In this document: piece by piece, positions 26,992 through 36,193 of the stretch | Layout of the letters: each line of letters begins with the position of its first letter | How positions within the stretch are numbered: the first letter of the stretch is position 1 | Assembly: GCA_018400135.1 (NCBI GenBank) | Contig: JAGYNC010000001.1 | Coordinates: forward strand, 1 to 48,012 | Reading direction: 5' to 3' | DNA length: 48,012 nucleotides | DNA from: Victivallaceae bacterium | GTDB lineage: Bacteria; Verrucomicrobiota; Lentisphaeria; Victivallales; Victivallaceae | The notes under the pieces: generated by a model | Told to the model about the DNA's origin: nothing | What the model saw: only the letters and a program-made list of their open reading frames with translations | The model's database searches: none | Program-made: the position numbers and the translations under genes

Positions 26992-27474
26992 CGGCAGCCT
27001 CTTTTCTATAGCAATTTATATCCACACAAAACTTGAAGTTCAACAACAAAAAGCATGTCAAAAACCAAGATATGTAACTCTGTCTGCTAACGTTTTCATA
27101 ATCAGCTTTATTGTATTACTTACTTAATTATTGCAATTATTTTTTTAACCGAAAAAGATTCAACAACAAAAAGCAATTTAACTTTAATGACTTATATCTG
27201 AGTCGAATCATGTAAAATATAGAGATTGATGTGAGTAAAATCAAGCAAATCTGCAAAAAACACGAAACATCGGGAAAGTGGCGTTAACCGTCAAATAATG
27301 AAACTGTATTATATTTCTATTCTATAGTAAATAATATCTAAAATAGACAAAAGTTGCTTGAATTATTGGTGAGTTACAACCATTTTAATGGTCTGCTTAA
27401 GGCCGGGTGTTTAACGAATCCGTTGAAACGACATGCCCCCGGCGTTACTGAAATTAAACACGGAGACACTTGTT

Positions 27475-28272
27475 ATGGAAGTAATCATCAGGGAAAATGC
27501 GGAGGCGGCGGTGGCATTAACCGCAAGCCTGATAACTGAGGCGATTGTGGCCAATCCATCATTGACGCTCGGACTGGCGACCGGACGGACGATGGAAGCG
27601 GTTTATGCCAAACTGGCAGAGATCGACCGCCATGACGGGTTGGATTTTTCACTGGCCAAAACTTACAATCTGGACGAATACATCGGGTTGCCGCCGGAAG
27701 ATCCCCATTCCTACCGATACTACATGAATGAACATCTGTTCAGCAAGATAAATATCGACTTGCGAAACACCCACCTGCCGCTCGGCATGGCTGAAGATAT
27801 TGATGAGGAATGCCTCGCCTACGAAGACAGTATTCTTAATGATGGTGGCATTGACCTGCAATTGCTCGGCATTGGGCGTTCCGGACATATCGGCTTTAAC
27901 GAGCCTCTCTCAGCGCTTCGCTCCAGAACCCGAGCTAAGGCGCTGACCCCGACAACTATTGCCCAGAATTCCCCATTATTTAAAGTTCCTGAGGATATGC
28001 CGAGCCGAGCCATTACCATGGGCGTTGGTACTATTCTGGAAGCCGGCCGCATCATCATGTTGGTCACCGGCAAAGAAAAAGCCGCTATTCTGGCCAAAGC
28101 AGTGGAGGGGCCGATTACCTCAATGATTTCCGCCAGCGCCATCCAGTTGCACCCCAAGTGCACGGTAATCGTTGATGAAACGGCTGCCGAACAGCTACAG
28201 GAAAAAGAGTATTACCGTTGGATTTTCGATAATGAACCGGAGTGGGAACCATATCGGAACAATAATGCCTAA
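27475..28272 (+). CDS. nagB: Glucosamine-6-phosphate deaminase
   Basis: Motifs GLATGRT and LLGIGRSGHIGFNEP. The start is at MEVIIREN. Confidence 0.9.
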   Translation: MEVIIRENAEAAVALTASLITEAIVANPSLTLGLATGRTMEAVYAKLAEIDRHDGLDFSLAKTYNLDEYIGLPPEDPHSYRYYMNEHLFSKINIDLRNTHLPLGMAEDIDEECLAYEDSILNDGGIDLQLLGIGRSGHIGFNEPLSALRSRTRAKALTPTTIAQNSPLFKVPEDMPSRAITMGVGTILEAGRIIMLVTGKEKAAILAKAVEGPITSMISASAIQLHPKCTVIVDETAAEQLQEKEYYRWIFDNEPEWEPYRNNNA

Positions 28273-28289
28273 TCTCAAGAAGTAGGGTG

Positions 28290-28446
28290 TTTTCGCCGAA
28301 AGCCCCGCCCTGTGACGCAGTTAGTACGTCAAACAAGTAGGACGTTTTCGGCGAAAATTCCCCCGTACCGCAGTCATCGCAGCAATGTCATGTTTAACGC
28401 GTTGATTGCAGATAGAGTTAATAAGGGCCGGTTTCGGCGAAACCGG
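28290..28446. promoter_or_regulatory. Three copies of the palindromic motif TTTCG(C/G)CGAAA
   Basis: TTTTCGCCGAAA at 28290-28301, TTTTCGGCGAAAA at 28345-28357 and CCGGTTTCGGCGAAACCGG at 28428-28446. The first two are each preceded by AAGTAGG. Confidence 0.45.
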
Positions 28447-28691
28447 TCTACCTAGCGAACCCGAATAGAGAATACACTCTATAAACAAACACGGAATCAT
28501 TTATCCACGAATTTCACTAATTTTTTTACAAATGTGGCGATTGAACCGGTTTTATGTTTGCACTTTATTTTTTCCAACATAGTTTAATTAGTAGGATTTG
28601 GTTACGTCGACCAAATCAGAGAGATTAGTAGCATAACGAATTAACTAATGTTGTATTAACCGGCGCCAAGCGCGCCCAAGGGAGACAAAAA

Positions 28692-28853
28692 ATGAAAAAG
28701 TATGTTTGCGATCTTTGTGGTTGGGTTTATGATCCTGCAATTGGAGATCCGGAAAATGGCGTAAAGCCGGGAACCGCGTTTGAAGATTTGCCGAACGACT
28801 GGGTTTGTCCGGAGTGCGGAGCAGCGAAAGAAGATTTTTCTCCAGAAGATTAA
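28692..28853 (+). CDS. Rubredoxin (53 aa; below the ORF-track cutoff)
   Basis: It translates to [53 protein letters not shown], with both CxxCG knuckles and the WVCPxCG signature. RBS is GGGAGA. Confidence 0.9.
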   Translation: MKKYVCDLCGWVYDPAIGDPENGVKPGTAFEDLPNDWVCPECGAAKEDFSPED

Positions 28854-28896
28854 TTTTGTTTCCAGATGGAAGCAAACAACTTGATAGAGAGAAATT

Positions 28897-29196
28897 ATGA
28901 GTAAGATAAAAATAGCAAAGAATAAACAGATCAATGCTCTTTTTGAGGCGTTGTCCCAGTATTTTTTGAGAGGCTTTTTTCTGGGGTTACTATTGTTGTT
29001 GGCTTGGTTCTGGCTATATGTAATGCTGGGAGGCTGGTGCTATGAGGTTCACGAACAGTGGTTTGGTATCACCAGAGTTGAATTCGACCGGGTTAATTAC
29101 TATGGTATGGCGGCCATGAAACTGTTTATTATCGTAGCGTTTTTTATCCCCTATTTGTCTACTAAGATGATGCAAAAAGGTAGTTTGTCGGGTTAA
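28897..29196 (+). CDS. Small two-TM membrane protein, unknown function
   Basis: It has two hydrophobic helices and sits between the rubredoxin and aldehyde dehydrogenase genes on the same strand. Confidence 0.55.
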   Translation: MSKIKIAKNKQINALFEALSQYFLRGFFLGLLLLLAWFWLYVMLGGWCYEVHEQWFGITRVEFDRVNYYGMAAMKLFIIVAFFIPYLSTKMMQKGSLSG

Positions 29197-29219
29197 ATGA
29201 AAATAATGAGGCAAAGCTC

Positions 29220-30650
29220 ATGGAAAAGTCAGTCGATCTTGTTGATGATGTCTTGACCCGGGCTCTTTCCGCCGCCGCGATTTTCAGCCAGTTGAATCAA
29301 AAGAAAACGGATCGCATTGTTCGTGCCGTCTACGAGGCGGGATTGAACAACAGAATCAAACTGGCCAGGATGGCGGCCGACGAGACCGGTATCGGCAAAT
29401 GGGAAGACAAGGTGATAAAAAATGTCGTGGCGACTCAATACGTTTATGAAAGCATCAAGAATCAGAAAACGGTAGGCATTATCTCTGAAGACCATGAAAG
29501 CGGAATATCCGAAATTGCCCAACCCATAGGTCCGATCCTGGCAATTATTCCATGCACCAATCCTACCTCCACGGTGATGTTCAAAATACTGATTGCCCTG
29601 AAAACCAGAAATCCGATAATTATCAGTTCCCATCACCGTGCCCTTGAGTGTTGCCGCGAAGCTGTCAGGCTGTGCTACGAGGCGGCGTTGAACGCCGATG
29701 CGCCGGATGACTGTATTATATTTTTCGAGCGCGGATCGCGCGACGATACCAGAAATCTGATGTGCGACAAAAGGCTAGCGCTGATTCTTGCCACCGGCGG
29801 TGAGAGCGTGGTCAAGGCCGCATATAGTTCCGGCACTCCGGCGCTTGGAGTGGGAGCGGGCAATGTGCCGGTTTTTATCGAGGAAACCGCTGATATAGCC
29901 TTTGCCTCGGAACAGATAATGTTGTCAAAGACTTTCGACAACGGAACCATCTGTGCCAGCGAACAATCGCTGGTGGTGGATGGAAAGATTGCGGATGCCT
30001 TCGCGGCTGACTTGATTTCTAGAGGTGCCCGGTTTCTCACGGATGAGGAAATGTCCGCTGTTGCGAACATCGCCTTTGACTCCCAGAAGCTGACCATGAC
30101 TCCGGAGGTGGTGGGACAATCCGCAATTCGCGTCGCGGAAATGGCTGGAATCAGTGTTAAACCGGAGACGAAACTGCTGGTTGCCCCCCTGAAAAGCGTG
30201 GGCTGCCAGTGTCCGCTATCCTGTGAAATTCTCGCCCCGATAGTGGCATGGTATGTTGTTGATGGATTCGATGAAGCGGTTAAAACATGCATCGATCTGA
30301 ATTTTCACGGTGGCATCGGCCATACCGTAAGCATATACTCGAACGACGAGGATAAAATAAAACGGTTCGCCGTGACCATGAACGCCGGACGCGTTCTGGT
30401 GAATACCCCGTCTTCACAAGGCGCCGTGGGTGGATTGTACAACCGGCTGAATCCATCGCTGACGCTCGGCTGCGGTACCGGCGGAAAAAACATCACCATG
30501 GACAATGTAACCGCCGGACATCTCCTGAATATTCAGCGTCTTGCGCGAAGAAGAGTCAACGAGCGCATGGAGCATTTTGACGCGTCCCTTTATTTCGATC
30601 CGGAAATCGACGCGCAAACCATTGAAAGATTGTTCAATCTCAACCGCTAG
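29220..30650 (+). CDS. CoA-acylating aldehyde dehydrogenase (AdhE N-terminal domain/EutE-like, stand-alone)
   Basis: ALDH fold with the catalytic NGTICASEQS motif typical of acetaldehyde dehydrogenase (acetylating). Confidence 0.85.
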   Translation: MEKSVDLVDDVLTRALSAAAIFSQLNQKKTDRIVRAVYEAGLNNRIKLARMAADETGIGKWEDKVIKNVVATQYVYESIKNQKTVGIISEDHESGISEIAQPIGPILAIIPCTNPTSTVMFKILIALKTRNPIIISSHHRALECCREAVRLCYEAALNADAPDDCIIFFERGSRDDTRNLMCDKRLALILATGGESVVKAAYSSGTPALGVGAGNVPVFIEETADIAFASEQIMLSKTFDNGTICASEQSLVVDGKIADAFAADLISRGARFLTDEEMSAVANIAFDSQKLTMTPEVVGQSAIRVAEMAGISVKPETKLLVAPLKSVGCQCPLSCEILAPIVAWYVVDGFDEAVKTCIDLNFHGGIGHTVSIYSNDEDKIKRFAVTMNAGRVLVNTPSSQGAVGGLYNRLNPSLTLGCGTGGKNITMDNVTAGHLLNIQRLARRRVNERMEHFDASLYFDPEIDAQTIERLFNLNR

Positions 30651-30744
30651 GAGAGTTAAAATTTCAACCTTATAGAGTATACACAGAAAAACGCTCTGTT
30701 AGTTTTGACAAAACCTAAAGATCGCCAGGGAGTTGTGAAGAATC

Positions 30745-31044
30745 ATGAAAAAAACGAACGAGAAAAGTCGGATGATCATTGTTTTTGAACAAACGCTGGA
30801 TACGCGGGCGTGTAATGAACTCGAGGAGGAACTGATTCGCGCGATGGATGATTGCGAATCGAACGGGTTGCCAGTCGTGTTCGATTTGACCGAAGTTGAC
30901 TTCATTGCCTCGTCGTTCCTGCGTCTCTGCATGAAAGCATCTCGACAACTCGGTTCGGAAAACGTCAGTATCGTCAATGTCGCGCCGCCAATCAAAAAGG
31001 TCTTCAAAATAGCCGGCTTCACCGATTATCTCTCAATCTGTTGA
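30745..31044 (+). CDS. STAS-domain protein (anti-sigma-factor antagonist-like)
   Basis: DLTEVDFIASSFLRL and C-terminal KKVFKIAGFTDYL are typical of SpoIIAA/STAS proteins. Confidence 0.7.
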   Translation: MKKTNEKSRMIIVFEQTLDTRACNELEEELIRAMDDCESNGLPVVFDLTEVDFIASSFLRLCMKASRQLGSENVSIVNVAPPIKKVFKIAGFTDYLSIC

Positions 31045-31134
31045 TTTTCCCGCGCGTGCACGGGCGGCGATTTTTGTTTTTTCTATTTTTAAAATGCAGG
31101 GTTCTGTCCACTATATTTTTTTAAGGACAATTGA

Positions 31135-31932
31135 ATGTATAACAATCAAAAAGTTGCTGTTGTCATGCCCGCTTATAATGCAACTGAAACCCTGGTTAAA
31201 TCTTATCAAGAGGTGCAAAAACAGGCATTTGTTGATTGTGTTATCGTCGTTGATGATTGCAGCAGTGATAACACTGCCGAACTGGCAAGAACCGAATGCC
31301 CTGAAGCTCTCTTTTATCAAACTGCTCAAAATTCAGGATATGGAGCCAATCAGAAATTATGCTATAAAATTGCCTTGGAATGTAATGCCGATATCATTAT
31401 AATGGTTCACCCTGATTATCAATATACCCCGGATCTTATTCCCGCAATGGTTGCTCTGATTGGAAATGGTCTTTATCATTGTGTGATAGGATCAAGGATT
31501 TTGGGTGGTTACGCCCTTAAAGGCGGGATGCCGGTTTGGAAATATATTTCCAATCGTTTACTGACTCTTGTTCAAAATTGTTTTTGGGGTGTAAAATTGT
31601 CTGAATATCATAGCGGTTATCGTGCTTATTCCAGAACTTTATTGGAACAATTGCCTTTAGATGAAAATAGTGATGACTTTGTTTTTGACAATCAGGTATT
31701 GGCTGAAATTATTTGGCAGAATTATATTATCGCGGAAATTAGCTGTCCAACCAGATATTTTGCCGAAGCATCATCTATTTCATTCGCTCGCAGCGTTAGC
31801 TACGGTTTGGGTTGTTTAAGCACAACATGTTCATATTTATTGGCTAAATTTCACTTGCGTGACTCAAAACTTTTCAAACGTGAATTATTCAGGTATGCAT
31901 CAAAACAATTTCCAGAAAAAAGCGAAAAATAA
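31135..31932 (+). CDS. Family 2 glycosyltransferase
   Basis: VVMPAYNATETL and VVDDCSSDNT (DxD-type) motifs. Confidence 0.85.
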   Translation: MYNNQKVAVVMPAYNATETLVKSYQEVQKQAFVDCVIVVDDCSSDNTAELARTECPEALFYQTAQNSGYGANQKLCYKIALECNADIIIMVHPDYQYTPDLIPAMVALIGNGLYHCVIGSRILGGYALKGGMPVWKYISNRLLTLVQNCFWGVKLSEYHSGYRAYSRTLLEQLPLDENSDDFVFDNQVLAEIIWQNYIIAEISCPTRYFAEASSISFARSVSYGLGCLSTTCSYLLAKFHLRDSKLFKRELFRYASKQFPEKSEK

Positions 31933-33463
31933 ATATTTGCACGACCAGTCCCACGCCTAATATTGCTATTTGATAAAATTTGAACTGGTAATATTGACAG
32001 GCTTTTATTACTAAAATATAGACAAAAGGCCAGGCCAAACTCCATTGACGGGCAACCTCTGCTCGTGTTGGCGAGAATAATAAAACAGCTAAACACGCGC
32101 ATGAAGCTAATTCCAGAGCGTGCTGGTCCGATAATGGAAATCTTTTTGGCAGAGTGCGCCAGGATATGGATTTGAAATAATCATAAGCCCAGACGAGAAG
32201 CAGGAAAAAACCTGACAAACCAGTTCCAATCAAAAATTCAACCGGGTTGAGCAGTTTCCAAATAATTGTTCGGCTTGACTGGTTTTTGAAAAACATTTCA
32301 TTGTTGTGAAGACAGGAAAAAAGTACACGGGGCAACAGAAAATCAAAACATATAAACATAAAAACAATAAATAGCAGAATCCCCAGTGCATAAGGAATAA
32401 AGTAATTTACAAACACGTAATTAAAATGGTTCTTTTCTGTTTGTTGAGTATCGCGGCTTAACCAGAAAAATACCAACCATAAGCATGGAATCGCTATCGC
32501 AACAGATTGTAAAATGAATAGAGAACAGCATATGCCTAAAATGATATTTGACAAAAACAAATATTTTGTTTTGGGTTGCCAAAGCGCGTAGAGGATGATG
32601 AATGCACTGCAACAGGCCAAAAGTCCGTCATAATGCCCCAAAAACAACAAGCATGTGGGCACAAAAAGATATAAAACTGAGGTCTGAACCGAGCAGTCAA
32701 CACCATAAGCTTTCCATACGGCAAGCGCAAATAAAAATTTGCTCAATAACAAAATAAGCAAAAAGAAGTAAATATGCAATATGGCGGCAGCTTTTACTTC
32801 GTCAGTTAACTTGAACATTGGGAAAAGGTTGTTGTTTTTTATCAACCGATACGCGTCACGCATATCTTCAGGCATGCTTTTCAGCAGTAACGCCGTCAAT
32901 CCGGGAACATTTTCAACAGTTTTATAAATATAATAACTCATCAATGTCCTCCCCGGCGGGTGAACGTTGATATGATTAATAAAACCCGTGTAAGCCTGGT
33001 TTTGATGGAATTTTCCCAGAAAGTCATTTGTGGAACTGATACTTAATGCTTTTTGGTAGTAACCGGTGGCAAATGGATCATAGATGGCAAAGAGGTTTTC
33101 TCCCATACCCATTTTCCCGGATTTCAAAACTTGAATATCAAATACCACACTGCCTGAAATAATGATGAATAAAAGAACAAATTTACTTTGCGTACTTGCT
33201 GATTCTTTAGAGTAAAGCTTAGCAACAAGTACGCATATCGCAGCAAAAACAAGGCCGCCGAATATTATATGATTAAGAGACAACATCCCTTGACTATTAT
33301 AGGGGTATATCCATTGTCCCGGAATGCCCATAGGAAACAAATTTAATACTACTGAAAGCAAGAACACAAATGAGCAAAGACTAATTCCAATGATAATATA
33401 ATTATTTTTTGATAACCCGGGCTTTTTCAATATGCTGCGCCTTAAGTTTTCGCGTTTACTCAA
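31889..33463 (-). CDS. Polytopic membrane protein (GT-C/ArnT-like candidate)
   Basis: It has more than 10 predicted TM helices and converges on, and overlaps, the GT2 gene. Confidence 0.6.
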   Translation of the reverse strand: MSKRENLRRSILKKPGLSKNNYIIIGISLCSFVFLLSVVLNLFPMGIPGQWIYPYNSQGMLSLNHIIFGGLVFAAICVLVAKLYSKESASTQSKFVLLFIIISGSVVFDIQVLKSGKMGMGENLFAIYDPFATGYYQKALSISSTNDFLGKFHQNQAYTGFINHINVHPPGRTLMSYYIYKTVENVPGLTALLLKSMPEDMRDAYRLIKNNNLFPMFKLTDEVKAAAILHIYFFLLILLLSKFLFALAVWKAYGVDCSVQTSVLYLFVPTCLLFLGHYDGLLACCSAFIILYALWQPKTKYLFLSNIILGICCSLFILQSVAIAIPCLWLVFFWLSRDTQQTEKNHFNYVFVNYFIPYALGILLFIVFMFICFDFLLPRVLFSCLHNNEMFFKNQSSRTIIWKLLNPVEFLIGTGLSGFFLLLVWAYDYFKSISWRTLPKRFPLSDQHALELASCACLAVLLFSPTRAEVARQWSLAWPFVYILVIKACQYYQFKFYQIAILGVGLVVQIFIFRFFLEIVLMHT

Positions 33464-33569
33464 CTATGGTTTTCTCCATCCGGTAATCATCCATTAAAAA
33501 AACGCCTCCAAAGAAGAAATCGCTGAATAGTTTACCGATATTATTCAGAGGCGGTTGCCATGCTGAATT

Positions 33570-34112
33570 TTACGGACAATTCAGCAAGGTTTTGATTTTT
33601 GTCAGAATGTCGGCTGGCTCTGCCATGCGACCGGTGCCGTCATCGCCGCAGGCGACATGGCCGATTTCCGGGCCGATAAACTCAACATTTCGTGCAGCGA
33701 GCAGTTTGATATTATTCTGTACTGCCGGATGATGCCACATATTGGGGTTCATCGCTGGCGCCAGCAGTACTGTGCCACGATGCGCCAAGGCGCAGGTAGA
33801 CAGCGCGTCATCGGCAATGCCGTGTGTGTATTTGCCGATAAAATTCGCGGTGCATGGTGCCACCACCAGTAAGTCAGCGTGTTCCGCCAGCGCGACGTGT
33901 TCCGGGCGCCATTCCGGCACGTCCCAAAGAGAGGTGATTACCGGCCGATGCGACAGCGTCAGGAATGTCCGTTCCCCGACCAGTTTTGTGGCAGATTCGG
34001 TCATGATTATCTGTACTTCATAACCACATTGAACCATTTTGCTGCATAAATCCGCAGCTTTGTAGGCGGCAATGCCGCCGGTAACGCCGAGAGTCACAAA
34101 CTGTTTATTCAT
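33570..34112 (-). CDS. coaC: Phosphopantothenoylcysteine decarboxylase flavoprotein, stand-alone CoaC domain
   Basis: GVTGGIAAYKA, the PAMNPNMW motif and ACGDDGTGRMAEP all match the N-terminal half of CoaBC. No CoaB half follows. Confidence 0.8.
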   Translation of the reverse strand: MNKQFVTLGVTGGIAAYKAADLCSKMVQCGYEVQIIMTESATKLVGERTFLTLSHRPVITSLWDVPEWRPEHVALAEHADLLVVAPCTANFIGKYTHGIADDALSTCALAHRGTVLLAPAMNPNMWHHPAVQNNIKLLAARNVEFIGPEIGHVACGDDGTGRMAEPADILTKIKTLLNCP

Positions 34113-34740
34113 TGCAGTAATCCTCCGGTAATCGTACTGTTTTCAGACGCATCGCCCTGACCAGAGCAATCAAATCAGCGGCCGCGGTTTCAAGTTGATC
34201 ATTGGTGATCAAATAGTCGTATTGCCGCCAATGGTTGATTTCATCACGTGCCCTGGTGAGGCGTTGTTCCAGCTGATCCCCCGGGCCAGCTGGTCGGCAA
34301 CGCAGTCGCTCTTCCAACTCCGAGAGTGATGAGGGGATGATAAAGACAAATTCACAGCATTTTGCCAGTAACGGCGAGGCGGCAGCGAATTCCCGGATCT
34401 GCATTGCGCCCTGAACGTCGATATCCAGAAAAACGTTCTGCCCATGGCTGATTTTGTCTTCGACTTCGCTTCTTAATGTCCCATAAAAGTTACCGAACAC
34501 GCACGCGTATTCAAGCATTTTACCTTCGGCAATGAGTCGTTTAAATTGTACCTGAGTGACAAAATGGTAGTGAACGCCATCAATCTCGCCGGGGCGTGGC
34601 GGGCGGGTGGTGCAAGAAACCGAGAATGCCAGTTCAGGCATGGCTTGACGTACCATCTCGCATAAAGTGGACTTGCCGACACCGCTCGGGCCGGAGATGA
34701 TAATCGCCGTTCCAAATCGTTTTTTAGTAGTATGTGTCAT
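34105..34740 (-). CDS. gmk: Guanylate kinase
   Basis: GPSGVGKST P-loop and TTRPPRPGE motif. Confidence 0.92.
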   Translation of the reverse strand: MTHTTKKRFGTAIIISGPSGVGKSTLCEMVRQAMPELAFSVSCTTRPPRPGEIDGVHYHFVTQVQFKRLIAEGKMLEYACVFGNFYGTLRSEVEDKISHGQNVFLDIDVQGAMQIREFAAASPLLAKCCEFVFIIPSSLSELEERLRCRPAGPGDQLEQRLTRARDEINHWRQYDYLITNDQLETAAADLIALVRAMRLKTVRLPEDYCNE

Positions 34741-34837
34741 ATATATTTATTGCATTATTCATTCCGCATTTTTTCCCACAATCCCGCCAATCCTGTTATC
34801 CTGTCTAAGATTTCTTCAGATTCGGTCAAGCCCGGCA

Positions 34838-36145
34838 TCAAGCCTTGTACACGTTCGGCCCCGGTTGCATCGCGTTACGGGTATCAATAATCAGTTTTGC
34901 TTCTCGTGCTAAACGTTGATAATCAAGGCCATCGTGCGCAGTGGAAATGAGCACGGCATCATAATCCGGCGCGTTTTCCAGTGGCACGCTCTTAATCCCC
35001 TCGAACTGCGGGTGTTCACGCATGTGGGGAGCTTCAGGACAATAGGGGTCGCAATAGTCAACTTTGGCCCCACGCTCTTCCAGCAGCTGCCACAGCTTGA
35101 AGCTTGGGCTTTCACGCGGATCATCAACATTTTTCTTGTAAGCCAGCCCCACCAACAATATTCTGGCGTTTTTCATCGCGATGCCGTTGATGCTCATGAT
35201 TTCAATCATTCGGCTTATGACATGATACGGCATGTAGGTATTAATTTCGCCGGCAAGTTCAATAAAACGGGTCGGGGTATCGTATTCCCGTGATTTCCAG
35301 GTGAGATAAAAAGGATCAATCGGAATACAGTGGCCACCGAGTCCGGGTCCCGGATAAAACGGCATGAAACCGAACGGCTTGGTGGCGGCGGCATCAATCA
35401 CCTCCCAAACATCAATCCCCATTTTTTCAAAAACTACTTTGAGTTCATTGACCAATGCGATGTTAACCGCCCGAAAAATATTTTCCAACAATTTAGTCGC
35501 TTCTGCCGTTGAGGCAGATGACACCGGAACCGTCCGGCAGATGACGGCATCATACAGTGCCCGAGCACCCTGGAGACTGCGTTCATCTATGCCGCCGACC
35601 ACTTTGGGGATGGTTGAAGTTGAAAAATTCTTGTTGTTCGGATCTTCGCGTTCCGGCGAGTAAGCAACAAGAAAATCCTTACCGGCCTTAAGTCCGCTTC
35701 CTTTTTCCAGAATGGGGATCAAGACTTCTGTGGTTGTTCCCGGATAAGTGGTTGACTCCAGACAGTAGAGCTGACCGCGACGCACATGGGATGCCAGAGT
35801 TTCGGCGGTAGAAACAATATAACTCATGTCCGGTTCGCGATGGCGAGTCAGCGGTGTCGGCACACAGATGAGAATGGCATCACATGACGCGATTTGGCTG
35901 AAATCATCTGTTGCGTCAAACCGGTTGGACGCATTGAGTTGAGCTATTTTATCCGATAAAATATGACGAATGTAAGATTTTGATGCAAGCAATGCATCAA
36001 CTTTTTTTTGATCAATATCAAGTCCCAGTACCTTGAATCCGGCGCGACAGAACTCCAATACCAACGGCAACCCAACGTAACCAAGACCAACAACTCCAAT
36101 CCGGGCATCACGTTTCGTCATTTTATCAAGAAAGTTTTCAGGCAT
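34838..36145 (-). CDS. Nucleotide-sugar dehydrogenase (UDP-glucose/GDP-mannose dehydrogenase family)
   Basis: N-terminal IGVVGLGYVGLPL Rossmann motif and the catalytic GLGGHCIPIDP motif. Confidence 0.88.
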   Translation of the reverse strand: MPENFLDKMTKRDARIGVVGLGYVGLPLVLEFCRAGFKVLGLDIDQKKVDALLASKSYIRHILSDKIAQLNASNRFDATDDFSQIASCDAILICVPTPLTRHREPDMSYIVSTAETLASHVRRGQLYCLESTTYPGTTTEVLIPILEKGSGLKAGKDFLVAYSPEREDPNNKNFSTSTIPKVVGGIDERSLQGARALYDAVICRTVPVSSASTAEATKLLENIFRAVNIALVNELKVVFEKMGIDVWEVIDAAATKPFGFMPFYPGPGLGGHCIPIDPFYLTWKSREYDTPTRFIELAGEINTYMPYHVISRMIEIMSINGIAMKNARILLVGLAYKKNVDDPRESPSFKLWQLLEERGAKVDYCDPYCPEAPHMREHPQFEGIKSVPLENAPDYDAVLISTAHDGLDYQRLAREAKLIIDTRNAMQPGPNVYKA

Positions 36146-36193
36146 ATTGCTCCTTTGCGTGACGCTTGCGCCAGGCTAATTGTAAGATTATTT

